Source: Pseudomonadota bacterium | GTDB lineage: Bacteria; Pseudomonadota; Alphaproteobacteria; Sphingomonadales; Sphingomonadaceae | Assembly: GCA_016781555.1 (NCBI GenBank) | Contig: JADDQD010000182.1 | Coordinates: 1-46,688, forward strand | Direction: 5' to 3' | Length of the DNA: 46,688 nucleotides | Shown here: positions 17,533-26,578 of the stretch, in pieces | How the letters are laid out: every line of letters starts with the position of its first letter | Numbering within the stretch: position 1 is the first letter of the stretch | The notes under the pieces: generated by a model | The model's database searches: none | Seen by the model: the letters and a program-made list of their open reading frames with translations, nothing else | Told to the model about the DNA's origin: nothing | Translations under genes and position numbers: made by a program

Positions 17533-18942
17533 GTGGCAAGCTCAGCACTCCAGAAGCCGGATGGCGACGCAATCAACATGGTCGCACGCAACTGCGGATC
17601 GCTGGCAATCGAATGCAGCGATGTGTCCGGCTATGTAGCCGGTGTTTCGGAGCGAATTTCCTCAAATCTGAGGACGCTTGATACGCTCGAAGAGGTCACT
17701 CGCCACTTGCTGCAGGATCAGGCGCGGGTTGCGGAGTCCACGGACGAAGCCCGCCTTCTCGCCGAACAGGCAAGGGATAAGCTCGGGGCCGGCCGATCGG
17801 CGATCGAGGATACGATCAAGATATTCAGCGGCCTGACGGACCTTGTGGTCCAGCTGGGTGACCGAATGGCCGGCTTCGCCGAAGCCATGGCGCAGGTCCA
17901 GAACGTCTCCAGCAGCATCGAAAGCATCGCCAAAAAGACCAACATGCTGGCGCTCAACGCCACCATGGAGGCGGCACGTGCGGGGGAGGCGGGCCGTTCA
18001 TTCGCGGTGGTCGCGGCCGAGGTGAAGAAGCTGGCGCACGAGACCCGCACGGCCACCAGCGAAATTGCGTCAACCGTGGCATCGCTGACCCGCGAGGCGG
18101 AGCTGGTGACGTCGGAGATCAGAACAGGAGTTGACCGCAGCCGCATCGCCCAGTCGAGCTTCACAACGATCAACCATACTGTGCGGGATGTGGCCGACAT
18201 CGTCGCAATGGTTGACCGGCAGACCGACGGGATCGCCCAATCCACATCGCTCATCCAGCAGAGTGTCCACAGCATGAAGGGCGGCCTCAGCTCCTTTGCC
18301 GCCGATGCCCGTGCCAATGGTGGGCAGCTGGAACGAGCGCAGCAGCGGCTCGCTCAGCTTGAGCTGCTCTCCGGCGACATGCTCGACCGGCTCGCCAGCT
18401 GTGGAGTCCGGATCGACGACACCGCCTTTGTCGAGCGGACGCAGCAGGCCTGCCGGGAAGCGGTCGGCATTGTTGAAGCAGCGCTAATCCGCGGCGAGAT
18501 CAGCGAAGATGCCGTGTTCGACACTGTTTACGTGGCGATGCCCGGCACCAATCCCGTCCAATACGAGACGCGGTTCTGCGAATTTGCCGATGCTCGCATC
18601 CGGCCGCTCCTCGACCGCCTGGTGGATCAGGATCCGCGTCACATCAGCGCCGTGTGGAGCGACATCAACGGCTATCTTCCAACTCACACGACCGCGCGCT
18701 CCCGTCCCCAAACCGTCGACCCGAGCTGGAATGCAGAGCATTGCCGCAACCGTCGCAACTTCCTCGACGACGCTACGCGCCGCGCCATCCAAAGCGACAA
18801 TGAAGCGATGCTCGTCACCTACCGGATGGACCTGGGGGAGGGCCGTTACCTGCCGGTCAAGAACGTCTTCGTTCCAATCTACATCAGCGGCCGCCGCTGG
18901 GGCAATTTCGAGCTTGCCTATCGCGACGAGGCAATCCGCTGA
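17533..18942 (+). CDS. Soluble methyl-accepting chemotaxis protein with C-terminal Cache-like sensor domain
   Basis: Hairpin tip [37 protein letters not shown] and no transmembrane segment. C-terminal DINGYLPTH...CRNRR...[14 protein letters not shown] start behind GGGGA (alternatives 17503 or 17578). Confidence 0.92.
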   Translation: MASSALQKPDGDAINMVARNCGSLAIECSDVSGYVAGVSERISSNLRTLDTLEEVTRHLLQDQARVAESTDEARLLAEQARDKLGAGRSAIEDTIKIFSGLTDLVVQLGDRMAGFAEAMAQVQNVSSSIESIAKKTNMLALNATMEAARAGEAGRSFAVVAAEVKKLAHETRTATSEIASTVASLTREAELVTSEIRTGVDRSRIAQSSFTTINHTVRDVADIVAMVDRQTDGIAQSTSLIQQSVHSMKGGLSSFAADARANGGQLERAQQRLAQLELLSGDMLDRLASCGVRIDDTAFVERTQQACREAVGIVEAALIRGEISEDAVFDTVYVAMPGTNPVQYETRFCEFADARIRPLLDRLVDQDPRHISAVWSDINGYLPTHTTARSRPQTVDPSWNAEHCRNRRNFLDDATRRAIQSDNEAMLVTYRMDLGEGRYLPVKNVFVPIYISGRRWGNFELAYRDEAIR

Positions 18943-19788
18943 TCAGCCGCCGCCGCGGCGGCTCATGAACGCGAGGCGCTCGAACAGCATCACGTCCTGC
19001 TCATTTTTGAGAAGCGCGCCATGCAGCGGCGGGATTGCCTTTGCCGGATCGCGCGACTGCAGCACGTCCAGCGGCAGATCTTCATGCAGGAGAAGCTTCA
19101 GCCAGTCGATCAGTTCGCTGGTGGAGGGTTTTTTCTTGAGACCGGGTACCTCGCGGACGTCGTAGAAGATATCGAGCGCCTTCGACACGAGCATCGTCTG
19201 GATGCCCGGGAAATGAACGTCGATAATCGCCCGCATCGTCTCCCGCTCCGGAAATCGGATGTAGTGGAAGAAGCATCGCCTGAGGAACGCGTCCGGCAGC
19301 TCCTTTTCGTTGTTCGAGGTGATAACGACGATTGGGCGTTCCTGAGCCTTCACAGTTTCGCGCGTCTCGTAAACGTGGAACTCCATTCGATCGAGCTCCT
19401 GGAGGAGATCGTTCGGAAATTCGATATCGGCCTTGTCGATCTCGTCGATCAGGAGGACCGGAAGCTCCGGGCTCGTGAACGCTTCCCAGAGCTTCCCACG
19501 CTTGATGTAATTGCCGATGTCGTGGACGCGCGGATCTCCAAGCTGCCCGTCGCGAAGGCGGGCGACGGCATCATATTCGTAAAGCCCCTGATGGGCCTTG
19601 GTGGTTGATTTGACGTGCCACTCGAGCAAAGGGGCACCAACGGCCGCAGCGATTTCGTGCGCAAGAACCGTTTTCCCAGTCCCCGGCTCACCCTTGACCA
19701 GGAGCGGCCGGCGGAGGGTCACGGCGGCATTCACCGCGACCTTCAGGTCCTCAGTCGCTACGTAATTGCTGGTGCCCTGGAAACGCAT
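18943..19788 (-). CDS. MoxR-family AAA+ ATPase
   Basis: Walker A GEPGTGKT, Walker B LLIDEIDKAD, ITSNNEKELPDAFLRRC and KKPSTSELIDW. Confidence 0.94.
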   Translation of the reverse strand: MRFQGTSNYVATEDLKVAVNAAVTLRRPLLVKGEPGTGKTVLAHEIAAAVGAPLLEWHVKSTTKAHQGLYEYDAVARLRDGQLGDPRVHDIGNYIKRGKLWEAFTSPELPVLLIDEIDKADIEFPNDLLQELDRMEFHVYETRETVKAQERPIVVITSNNEKELPDAFLRRCFFHYIRFPERETMRAIIDVHFPGIQTMLVSKALDIFYDVREVPGLKKKPSTSELIDWLKLLLHEDLPLDVLQSRDPAKAIPPLHGALLKNEQDVMLFERLAFMSRRGGG

Positions 19789-19863
19789 CTTCCACCTGCC
19801 TCATTGCCGTGGCGAAGCGGATAGGCAAGGGAAGGGACCGGCGCAAGCGAACTTGGCCTGTTG

Positions 19864-20538
19864 TCAGGAGGTGCTGCGCGCCTCTTGCCGCGACTCGAGC
19901 AGATCCCACAGCCCGGAATGCTGAAGGACGATCTGCTCGGCTCCGAACATCATAGCCCGTTCCACGGCAGGCGAGGAGGCTGCGGCCGCTGCAAATCGGC
20001 CGATGGCGTCCTGCTCCTCGATGGTCGAAGGCGACGCTTCGATCCCGAAACGACGCGCGGCGGCATCGAGAATGGTCCTGATGCTGATCCAGTCAACGCT
20101 AAGCGCGATTGCGGCGCCCAGAGCGCAGCCATTTCGTTCCGAACGGGCGAGCGTTTCGATAGCATGGCGCTGCGCCAGAACTGCAGCTTCGCTGTCGGCG
20201 GCGCCCGGCGTGCTTGGAATGGGTCCCGCTGCCACGGCCAGCCGCGAGAGAAAAGCGCGCTCGGCAGCGAAGCTCTGCGTGGCCTTTTGAAACCAGCCAC
20301 GCTCCAAAGCCTCGACGCTGCGGTGGGCCGCATGATCGATCACGCCGGGGTGTCGGCCGTGGAGCATGCACAGAAAGTGGACGAAGTCGGAAAGGCTGCG
20401 CGAGGCGTCGGGCCCACGCAGCAGAGCATCGCTGGTGAGATAGGGATGAACGGCGCTTCCTTGCCCCGAAACGCAGGCAAGCAGCCGCTCGCCGATACCG
20501 GCGCTGCCTGCCCTGCCCATCAAAGCTGAAGCCATCAT
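19864..20538 (-). CDS. Conserved alpha-helical hypothetical protein (tentatively DUF6975-like)
   Basis: Ala-rich ORF with LCMLHGRHPGVIDHAA, SERNGCALGAA and QHSGLWDLLE. GGGGGA RBS before ATG 20538. Family assignment is from memory only. Confidence 0.75.
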   Translation of the reverse strand: MMASALMGRAGSAGIGERLLACVSGQGSAVHPYLTSDALLRGPDASRSLSDFVHFLCMLHGRHPGVIDHAAHRSVEALERGWFQKATQSFAAERAFLSRLAVAAGPIPSTPGAADSEAAVLAQRHAIETLARSERNGCALGAAIALSVDWISIRTILDAAARRFGIEASPSTIEEQDAIGRFAAAAASSPAVERAMMFGAEQIVLQHSGLWDLLESRQEARSTS

Positions 20539-20595
20539 GATCCCCCAAAAACTGCAATGCGGCAGCTCTAGGGAGTTCACTTATATCAATTGGCG

Positions 20596-20621
20596 TAAAA
20601 GCGAGGTTTACGACGCGTTAA
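20596..20621 (-). promoter_or_regulatory. Tandem CtrA-like half-sites
   Basis: Minus strand reads TTAA-N7-TAAA-N7-TTTA(C): three half-sites in 11-bp phase, 58-83 nt upstream of the start at 20538. Confidence 0.6.
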
Positions 20622-20786
20622 GCGTCGGGAAAGGTCGCCCCTCCGGCGAGGGCTCGCTGGCGTAGAGCCGGCTCGAGGATATCCCGCAACGTCAGTCGGC
20701 CGTTACGAGCCGCTGGCCGGCCTCTCGCCCTCTCTTTGCGCTGCTCGGTGTTTGCTGCGCAATCCTGTCGCTGCGCTCGTCGCTCG

Positions 20787-22814
20787 TTACTGATCCAAGA
20801 AGCTCCGCATCTTCCGCGAGCGCGAAGGATGCTTGAGCTTCCGGAGCGCCTTTGCTTCGATCTGGCGGATGCGCTCGCGGGTGACGCTGAACTGCTGTCC
20901 GACTTCCTCGAGCGTATGATCGGTGTTCATGCCGATGCCGAAGCGCATTCGAAGAACGCGTTCCTCGCGCGGCGTGAGCGAGGCAAGCACGCGAGTCACC
21001 GTTTCCTTGAGGTTTGCCTGGATCGCGGCATCGACCGGTATGACGGCGTTTTTGTCTTCGATGAAATCGCCGAGATGTGAATCCTCCTCGTCGCCGATCG
21101 GTGTTTCAAGGGAGATCGGCTCCTTGGCGATCTTCATCACCTTGCGGACCTTTTCGAGCGGCATCGACAGCCGCTCGGCGAGTTCTTCCGGTGTCGGCTC
21201 GCGCCCAATCTCGTGCAGGATCTGCCGGGACGTACGGACGAGCTTGTTGATGGTCTCGATCATGTGCACCGGAATGCGGATCGTGCGCGCCTGGTCTGCG
21301 ATGGAGCGGGTGATCGCCTGCCGGATCCACCAGGTCGCATAAGTGCTGAACTTGTAGCCGCGGCGATACTCGAACTTATCGACCGCCTTCATGAGGCCGA
21401 TATTCCCCTCCTGGATGAGATCCAGGAACTGAAGACCGCGATTGGTGTACTTTTTCGCGATCGAAATGACGAGCCGGAGGTTCGCCTCGACCATCTCCTT
21501 CTTTGCAATCCGCGCCTCGCGCTCGCCCTTCTGCACCTGGTTCACGATGCGCCGGAATTCCGCGAGGCTCATGCCGGTCGCCTGAGCTATTTCGGAAATC
21601 TCGGCCCGGATGCGCTCAATGGCGTCCGACTCCTGGCTGCAGAAAGACGACCACTTCTTGTCGAGCTTGCAGACGCGGTCCGCCCACCCTTCGTCGATTT
21701 CGTGGCCCATATAGGCATCGAGGAAGGCCTTGCGGGGGACCTTGTGCCGCTCGGCGAGGCGCAGCATCTGCCCGCCCAGCGCCGTGAGCCGGCGATTGTA
21801 GCTGTAGAGCTGGTCGACAAGATATTCGATCTTCGCCTGGTGGAACTGGACGCTCTCCACCTCGGCGGTGAGCTGCTCGCTGAGGCTTTGATACTTCTTC
21901 TCGTCGGCCTTTGGAAAAATCTGCCCCGAGCTCATCGCTACCATGCGCGCGCCCTGGAGCTTCGCGAACTTCTTGAAAAGATCCGTGATCTTTGCAAATT
22001 TCTCGAGCGCCTGCGGCTTCAGCGTCTCTTCCATCTGCGCAAGGCTAAGGGTGTTGTCCTCATCCTCTTCTTCCGTCGGACGGGGCGTGCGGCGCTCGAC
22101 GAGGCTGTCCTCGTCTTCTTCCCCGACCACCTCTTCGACGTCCTCTTCCTCTTTGAAGGAGGGACCGGCAGTTTTTTCGGAAATGTCGTCGTCGCCTGTC
22201 TCAGCGCCTTCAACTTGCTCCGGGGTCGGGCCCTTCGAGAGCATGGCTTCGAGATCGAGGATCTCGCGCAGCTGCATCTGCCCGTTGTTGAGCGCATTCG
22301 ACCAGTCGATGATGGCGTTGAAGGTGATCGGGCTCTCGCACAACCCCCAGATCATCGTGTCGCGGCCGGCCTCGATCCGCTTTGCAATGGCGATCTCACC
22401 TTCGCGAGAAAGGAGCTCGACCGCGCCCATCTCGCGCAAATACATACGCACCGGATCGTCGGTGCGATCAACGGTTTCCTTCTTTTTCTCGACGATGAAC
22501 CGCTCGCCTTCGCCGCTGTCGCCGTCGTCTAGACCCGCGTCGGTATCAGGCTCGGCTTCGGGTTCGTCCTCGTCGGCTTCCTCATTCTCGACGATGTTGA
22601 CGCCCATTTCGGACAAGGCAGACATCACGTCTTCGATCTGCTCAGAGGACATTTGGTCCTGCGGCAGCGCGTCGTTCAGTTCGTCATAAGTGATGTAGCC
22701 GCGCTTCTTCGCCCGCGCCGTCAGCTTCTTCAGCGACGCCTCGTTGAGGTCGATGAGAGGGGCATCCCCACTGTCTGGCTTTTCGTTGGTCTCGGCCGTA
22801 TTCGTCTTCGCCAT
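20787..22814 (-). CDS. rpoD: RNA polymerase sigma factor RpoD
   Basis: Region 1.1, [43 protein letters not shown] and [16 protein letters not shown]. Confidence 0.99.
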   Translation of the reverse strand: MAKTNTAETNEKPDSGDAPLIDLNEASLKKLTARAKKRGYITYDELNDALPQDQMSSEQIEDVMSALSEMGVNIVENEEADEDEPEAEPDTDAGLDDGDSGEGERFIVEKKKETVDRTDDPVRMYLREMGAVELLSREGEIAIAKRIEAGRDTMIWGLCESPITFNAIIDWSNALNNGQMQLREILDLEAMLSKGPTPEQVEGAETGDDDISEKTAGPSFKEEEDVEEVVGEEDEDSLVERRTPRPTEEEDEDNTLSLAQMEETLKPQALEKFAKITDLFKKFAKLQGARMVAMSSGQIFPKADEKKYQSLSEQLTAEVESVQFHQAKIEYLVDQLYSYNRRLTALGGQMLRLAERHKVPRKAFLDAYMGHEIDEGWADRVCKLDKKWSSFCSQESDAIERIRAEISEIAQATGMSLAEFRRIVNQVQKGEREARIAKKEMVEANLRLVISIAKKYTNRGLQFLDLIQEGNIGLMKAVDKFEYRRGYKFSTYATWWIRQAITRSIADQARTIRIPVHMIETINKLVRTSRQILHEIGREPTPEELAERLSMPLEKVRKVMKIAKEPISLETPIGDEEDSHLGDFIEDKNAVIPVDAAIQANLKETVTRVLASLTPREERVLRMRFGIGMNTDHTLEEVGQQFSVTRERIRQIEAKALRKLKHPSRSRKMRSFLDQ

Positions 22815-22833
22815 TCGTACGCCTTGCTGTTAC

Positions 22834-24672
22834 TCAGCCCACGTCGCCTTCCATCAGCGCCGCAAGCTGCCTGTCCGCATCGTCTCGGGCCGCCCGGAGC
22901 CTTTGCTGCTCCTGGAATGCGGCTTCGTCTCCCTCTTCCTTCAGCCGGATCGTCGCCGCTTCCAGAGCAGCGTCGAGGCCAGGCCGTGCCGCCAACGTTT
23001 CGATAACCAGAACGAGATCGCGGCTGGCACGTTCCGGGTCGGCATCGCGTCGGGTGAAGGAAAAGGCCAAACTTTGTTTCAGGCGCAGCTCCTCGAGAGC
23101 AGATGCACCCGCGCCGGCCAATATGGTATTTAGCTGCTCCTGATCAAGCTCACCGTGCAGCATGGCGGCCGAAAGCATCGCGTCGCGCAGCCTTGTCGCC
23201 GCACGGCCTGCAAGAGGAAGGGCGGCGATCGCTTCGGAATGGGCCGAAACAACGCCGGGGAAGCGGATCAGCCCCTGAAGCACGGCCCGGGTCCAATGTG
23301 AACCAAGGCCACCGCTCCAGACCGCCTTAGCGCTGGCCGACGCTTGCCGCGGTGGCGGAAACGGTCGGCCGCCACGGGGGGCGTTCCTGTTCCACTGGGT
23401 TTGGGGCTTCGGACGGGTGAGGTCGCTGAATCGGCGGAGAAGCTCGTCACGATATTGCTCGCGCACATCGGGATCCGCGATTGCCGACGCGTGGTCGAGA
23501 AGGCGGCGCCGAAGACCTGCGCGCTGCTCGGGGGTGCTGAGCGGCTCGGCACTGCTCTCGTGGTGCCACAAGCGATCGACGAGCGGCTCAGGGGTTTCGA
23601 GCAGTGCGTCGAGCGCCGCTCGACCGCTGGAACGAAGAAGATCATCGGGATCCTGCCCGGGAGGCATGGTCACAAAGCCGAGCGACCGGTCCGGTCCGAC
23701 ATGCGGTAGCGCGCGAAGTGCCGCCCTTAATGCCGCTTTCTGGCCGGCAGCGTCACCGTCGAAGCACAGGATCGGCGATGGGACCAGCCGCCACAACCGC
23801 TCGAGCTGACCTTCGGTCAGCGCTGTGCCAAGCGGTGCAACCGCCTCGCCGATGCCGGCCTGGTGGAGCGCAATCACATCCATGTAGCCTTCGACTACGA
23901 CCAGCCGCCGCGCATCCCGGCTGGCAGGCCCGGCCAGATCTATGTTGAACAGCGTCCGCCCCTTGTCGAACAAGGGGGTTTCGGGGGAATTGAGGTATTT
24001 GGGCTCGCCTTCGCCAATGATGCGGCCGCCAAACGCAATGACGCGGCCCCGCTGATCGCGAATGGGGATCATCAAGCGGCCACGGAACCGGTCGTAAGGA
24101 TCCCTGCCACCGCCCTCGGGCACGATGACGAGCCCACCTTCCACAAGCTTCTCAAGTTCGAAATGCCGCAAGGCGGTTTTGAGCTTAGTGCGGGAATCGG
24201 GAGCGAATCCGAAAGAGAAGCGCCTTCGCGCGGCGTCGGTGATCCCACGGCGCTCGAGATAATTTCGAGCCTCGCTGCCGTCGATCCCGCTGAGTTGTTC
24301 CTGGAACCAGCGGGAGGCCGCTTCCATCAAATCATGGAGCCCGGAAGCACGATCGGCCCGTTGCTGCGAGCGCGGGTCGGGCGCCGGAACGTCGAGGCCG
24401 GCTTTGTCGGCTAGCTCCTTCACCGCGTCCATGAAGGGCAGGCCGCGAGCTTCCGTGAGGAAGCGGATCGCGTCGCCATGCGCTCCGCAGCCGAAACAAT
24501 GGTAGAAGCCCTTTTCGTCGTTGATGGTGAAGCTTGGTGTCTTCTCCTTGTGGAATGGGCAGCAGGCCTTCCATTCGCGGCCCGCGCGCGTCAGCTTGAC
24601 GCTACGGCCGATCAGCCCGGAAAGCGTCGTGCGGGCGCGAAGCTCGTCGAGGAAGTCGGGGCTGAGGGACAT
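22834..24672 (-). CDS. dnaG: DNA primase
   Basis: CPFH...CFGC zinc finger, KYLNSPET, TOPRIM VEGYMDV, FDGDAAG and DPD. Confidence 0.98.
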   Translation of the reverse strand: MSLSPDFLDELRARTTLSGLIGRSVKLTRAGREWKACCPFHKEKTPSFTINDEKGFYHCFGCGAHGDAIRFLTEARGLPFMDAVKELADKAGLDVPAPDPRSQQRADRASGLHDLMEAASRWFQEQLSGIDGSEARNYLERRGITDAARRRFSFGFAPDSRTKLKTALRHFELEKLVEGGLVIVPEGGGRDPYDRFRGRLMIPIRDQRGRVIAFGGRIIGEGEPKYLNSPETPLFDKGRTLFNIDLAGPASRDARRLVVVEGYMDVIALHQAGIGEAVAPLGTALTEGQLERLWRLVPSPILCFDGDAAGQKAALRAALRALPHVGPDRSLGFVTMPPGQDPDDLLRSSGRAALDALLETPEPLVDRLWHHESSAEPLSTPEQRAGLRRRLLDHASAIADPDVREQYRDELLRRFSDLTRPKPQTQWNRNAPRGGRPFPPPRQASASAKAVWSGGLGSHWTRAVLQGLIRFPGVVSAHSEAIAALPLAGRAATRLRDAMLSAAMLHGELDQEQLNTILAGAGASALEELRLKQSLAFSFTRRDADPERASRDLVLVIETLAARPGLDAALEAATIRLKEEGDEAAFQEQQRLRAARDDADRQLAALMEGDVG

Positions 24673-24684
24673 TTCCCCAGAAAC

Positions 24685-25140
24685 TCAAGCGGAGAGCCGC
24701 GCTTTCACCAAACCGCTCGCCTTGCTCATGTCGAGCTGCCCGGCGTGCCGTTCCTTGAGCGCTGCAATGACCCGGCCCATGTCCTTGACGGACGCGGCGC
24801 CCATCTCGCTCACGATGGCGTCGATGGCTGCTTTCGTTTCGTCCTCGCTCATTTGCGCGGGCAGGAACTCTTCGATCACTGCGAGCTCCGCCTTTTCGGC
24901 GTCAGCAAGCTCGGGCCGTCCGCCTTGCTCGTAAAGCGCGATCGATTCGCGGCGCTGCTTGATCATCTTTTGCAGGACCTCAGTCACGACAGCGTCGTCG
25001 TCGCCGGCCGCGGAACCGGTGCGTAGCTCTATGTCGCGGTTTTTGATTGCCGATTGTATGAGGCGGATGGCGCCCGTCCGCTGCTTGTCGCCGGCTTTCA
25101 TCGCGGCGACCTGCGCGGCTTTGAGGGAGTCGCGAATCAT
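24685..25140 (-). CDS. GatB/YqeY domain protein
   Basis: AMKAGDK...IRLI, KQRRESIALY..GGR.EL...E..E, LPAQMSE and KDMGRV. Confidence 0.93.
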   Translation of the reverse strand: MIRDSLKAAQVAAMKAGDKQRTGAIRLIQSAIKNRDIELRTGSAAGDDDAVVTEVLQKMIKQRRESIALYEQGGRPELADAEKAELAVIEEFLPAQMSEDETKAAIDAIVSEMGAASVKDMGRVIAALKERHAGQLDMSKASGLVKARLSA

Positions 25141-25205
25141 GGCGTCCTCGAGTTTCTGCTTTGGGAAAGAGACACCATAGCTGCCGCCTCACGATTTTAA
25201 TAGGA

Positions 25206-25234
25206 TTGACCGGGGGAAGGGGGCCACTTACCTC
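25206..25234 (+). promoter_or_regulatory. Putative sigma70 promoter of carA
   Basis: TTGACC-N17-TACCTC, ending 36 nt before the GTG start. Confidence 0.45.
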
Positions 25235-25270
25235 TCCCGCCGTTTAACCTTCCGAATCTGGAGCGAAATA

Positions 25271-26443
25271 GTGGCCAACGCCAAACCCATGTCAGCGCCT
25301 GAAGGAGCGACCGGCATATTGGTTTTGGCGGACGGCACATTGGTCTGGGGCAAGGGCTTCGGGGCTGAAGGTAATGCGGTCGGAGAGGTGGTCTTCAACA
25401 CTGCCATGACCGGTTACCAGGAGGTGATGACCGATCCCTCCTACGCCGCTCAGATCATCACCTTCACCTTTCCACACATCGGCAACGTCGGCGCCAATTA
25501 CGAGGACCTGGAAGCGGACAATCCATTTGCACTCGGCTGCATTGTTCGAGAGGCCGTGACGGCGCCGAGCAACTACCGTGCGGTTCAGAGCTTCGATCAA
25601 TGGATGAAGTCCAACGGCCGCATCGGGCTTTCGGGAGTGGATACCCGGGCCCTGACGCGCAGGATCCGGGAAGGCGGTGCGCCCAACGGCGTTATTGCCC
25701 ACAATGCCCGCGGCGAGTTCGATCTGGATGCGCTTCTCCAGAAGGCGGCGGAATGGCCAGGACTGGAAGGGATGGACCTCGCGAGGGACGTGTCTTGCCG
25801 CCAGATGTTTCGCTGGTCGGGCGGCGGATGGACGCAAAGCGCAGGCTATGGCGAGCATCCCGACGACCTCGGGCGGCCTCATGTGGTTGCGATTGACTAT
25901 GGCTCGAAGCGAAACATCTTCCGCAACCTCGCCGATGCGGGCGCACGCGTTACGGTGCTTCCGGCAACCGCGACCTTCGAGGAAGTCATGGCGCACCAGC
26001 CGGATGGCATCTTCCTGTCCAACGGCCCAGGGGATCCCGCCGCCACAGGCGAATATGCGGTGCCGGTGATCCGACAGCTGCTCGACACCGGCAAGCCACT
26101 GTTCGGCATTTGTCTTGGACACCAGCTGCTGGGGCTCGCGGTGGGCGCGAAGACGGTGAAGATGCATCAAGGCCACCGCGGCGCCAATCATCCGGTGAAG
26201 CGCCTCTCCGATGGTCGGGTCGAGATTACCAGCATGAACCATGGCTTTGCGGTAGAAGCGGGCACGCTCCCGGAGAATGCACGGCCAACGCACGTGTCGC
26301 TGTTCGACGGAAGCCTGGCGGGGCTGGAGTTGACTGACCGACCCGCGTTCAGCGTCCAGTATCACCCGGAGGCGAGCCCCGGGCCTCAGGACAGCACCTA
26401 CCTGTTCGGAAAATTTGTGGGGCAGCTGGGGAAGAGCACGTGA
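25271..26443 (+). CDS. carA: Carbamoyl-phosphate synthase small subunit
   Basis: GEVVFNTAMTGYQE, TDPSY, SNGPGDP, FGICLGHQ and QYHPEASPGP. Confidence 0.99.
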   Translation: MANAKPMSAPEGATGILVLADGTLVWGKGFGAEGNAVGEVVFNTAMTGYQEVMTDPSYAAQIITFTFPHIGNVGANYEDLEADNPFALGCIVREAVTAPSNYRAVQSFDQWMKSNGRIGLSGVDTRALTRRIREGGAPNGVIAHNARGEFDLDALLQKAAEWPGLEGMDLARDVSCRQMFRWSGGGWTQSAGYGEHPDDLGRPHVVAIDYGSKRNIFRNLADAGARVTVLPATATFEEVMAHQPDGIFLSNGPGDPAATGEYAVPVIRQLLDTGKPLFGICLGHQLLGLAVGAKTVKMHQGHRGANHPVKRLSDGRVEITSMNHGFAVEAGTLPENARPTHVSLFDGSLAGLELTDRPAFSVQYHPEASPGPQDSTYLFGKFVGQLGKST

Positions 26444-26578
26444 GCCTCAGCCAGGCTTCTCCGGCTCGCTGTTTCTCCGCCACGGCTCCCGCCCAGCCGT
26501 GGTCAATCGCTGACCTATCACCGCTCCTCCTCACTCAACTCTCTCCCGGTGGCGAGACGGCTAAAGGCTGCATGACCC

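Noticed and set aside
26480-26560. 8-bp hairpin and degenerate CT-rich REP-like remnant between carA and carB
   Set aside because: Too short and degenerate to assign. Probably an ordinary mRNA stability hairpin.
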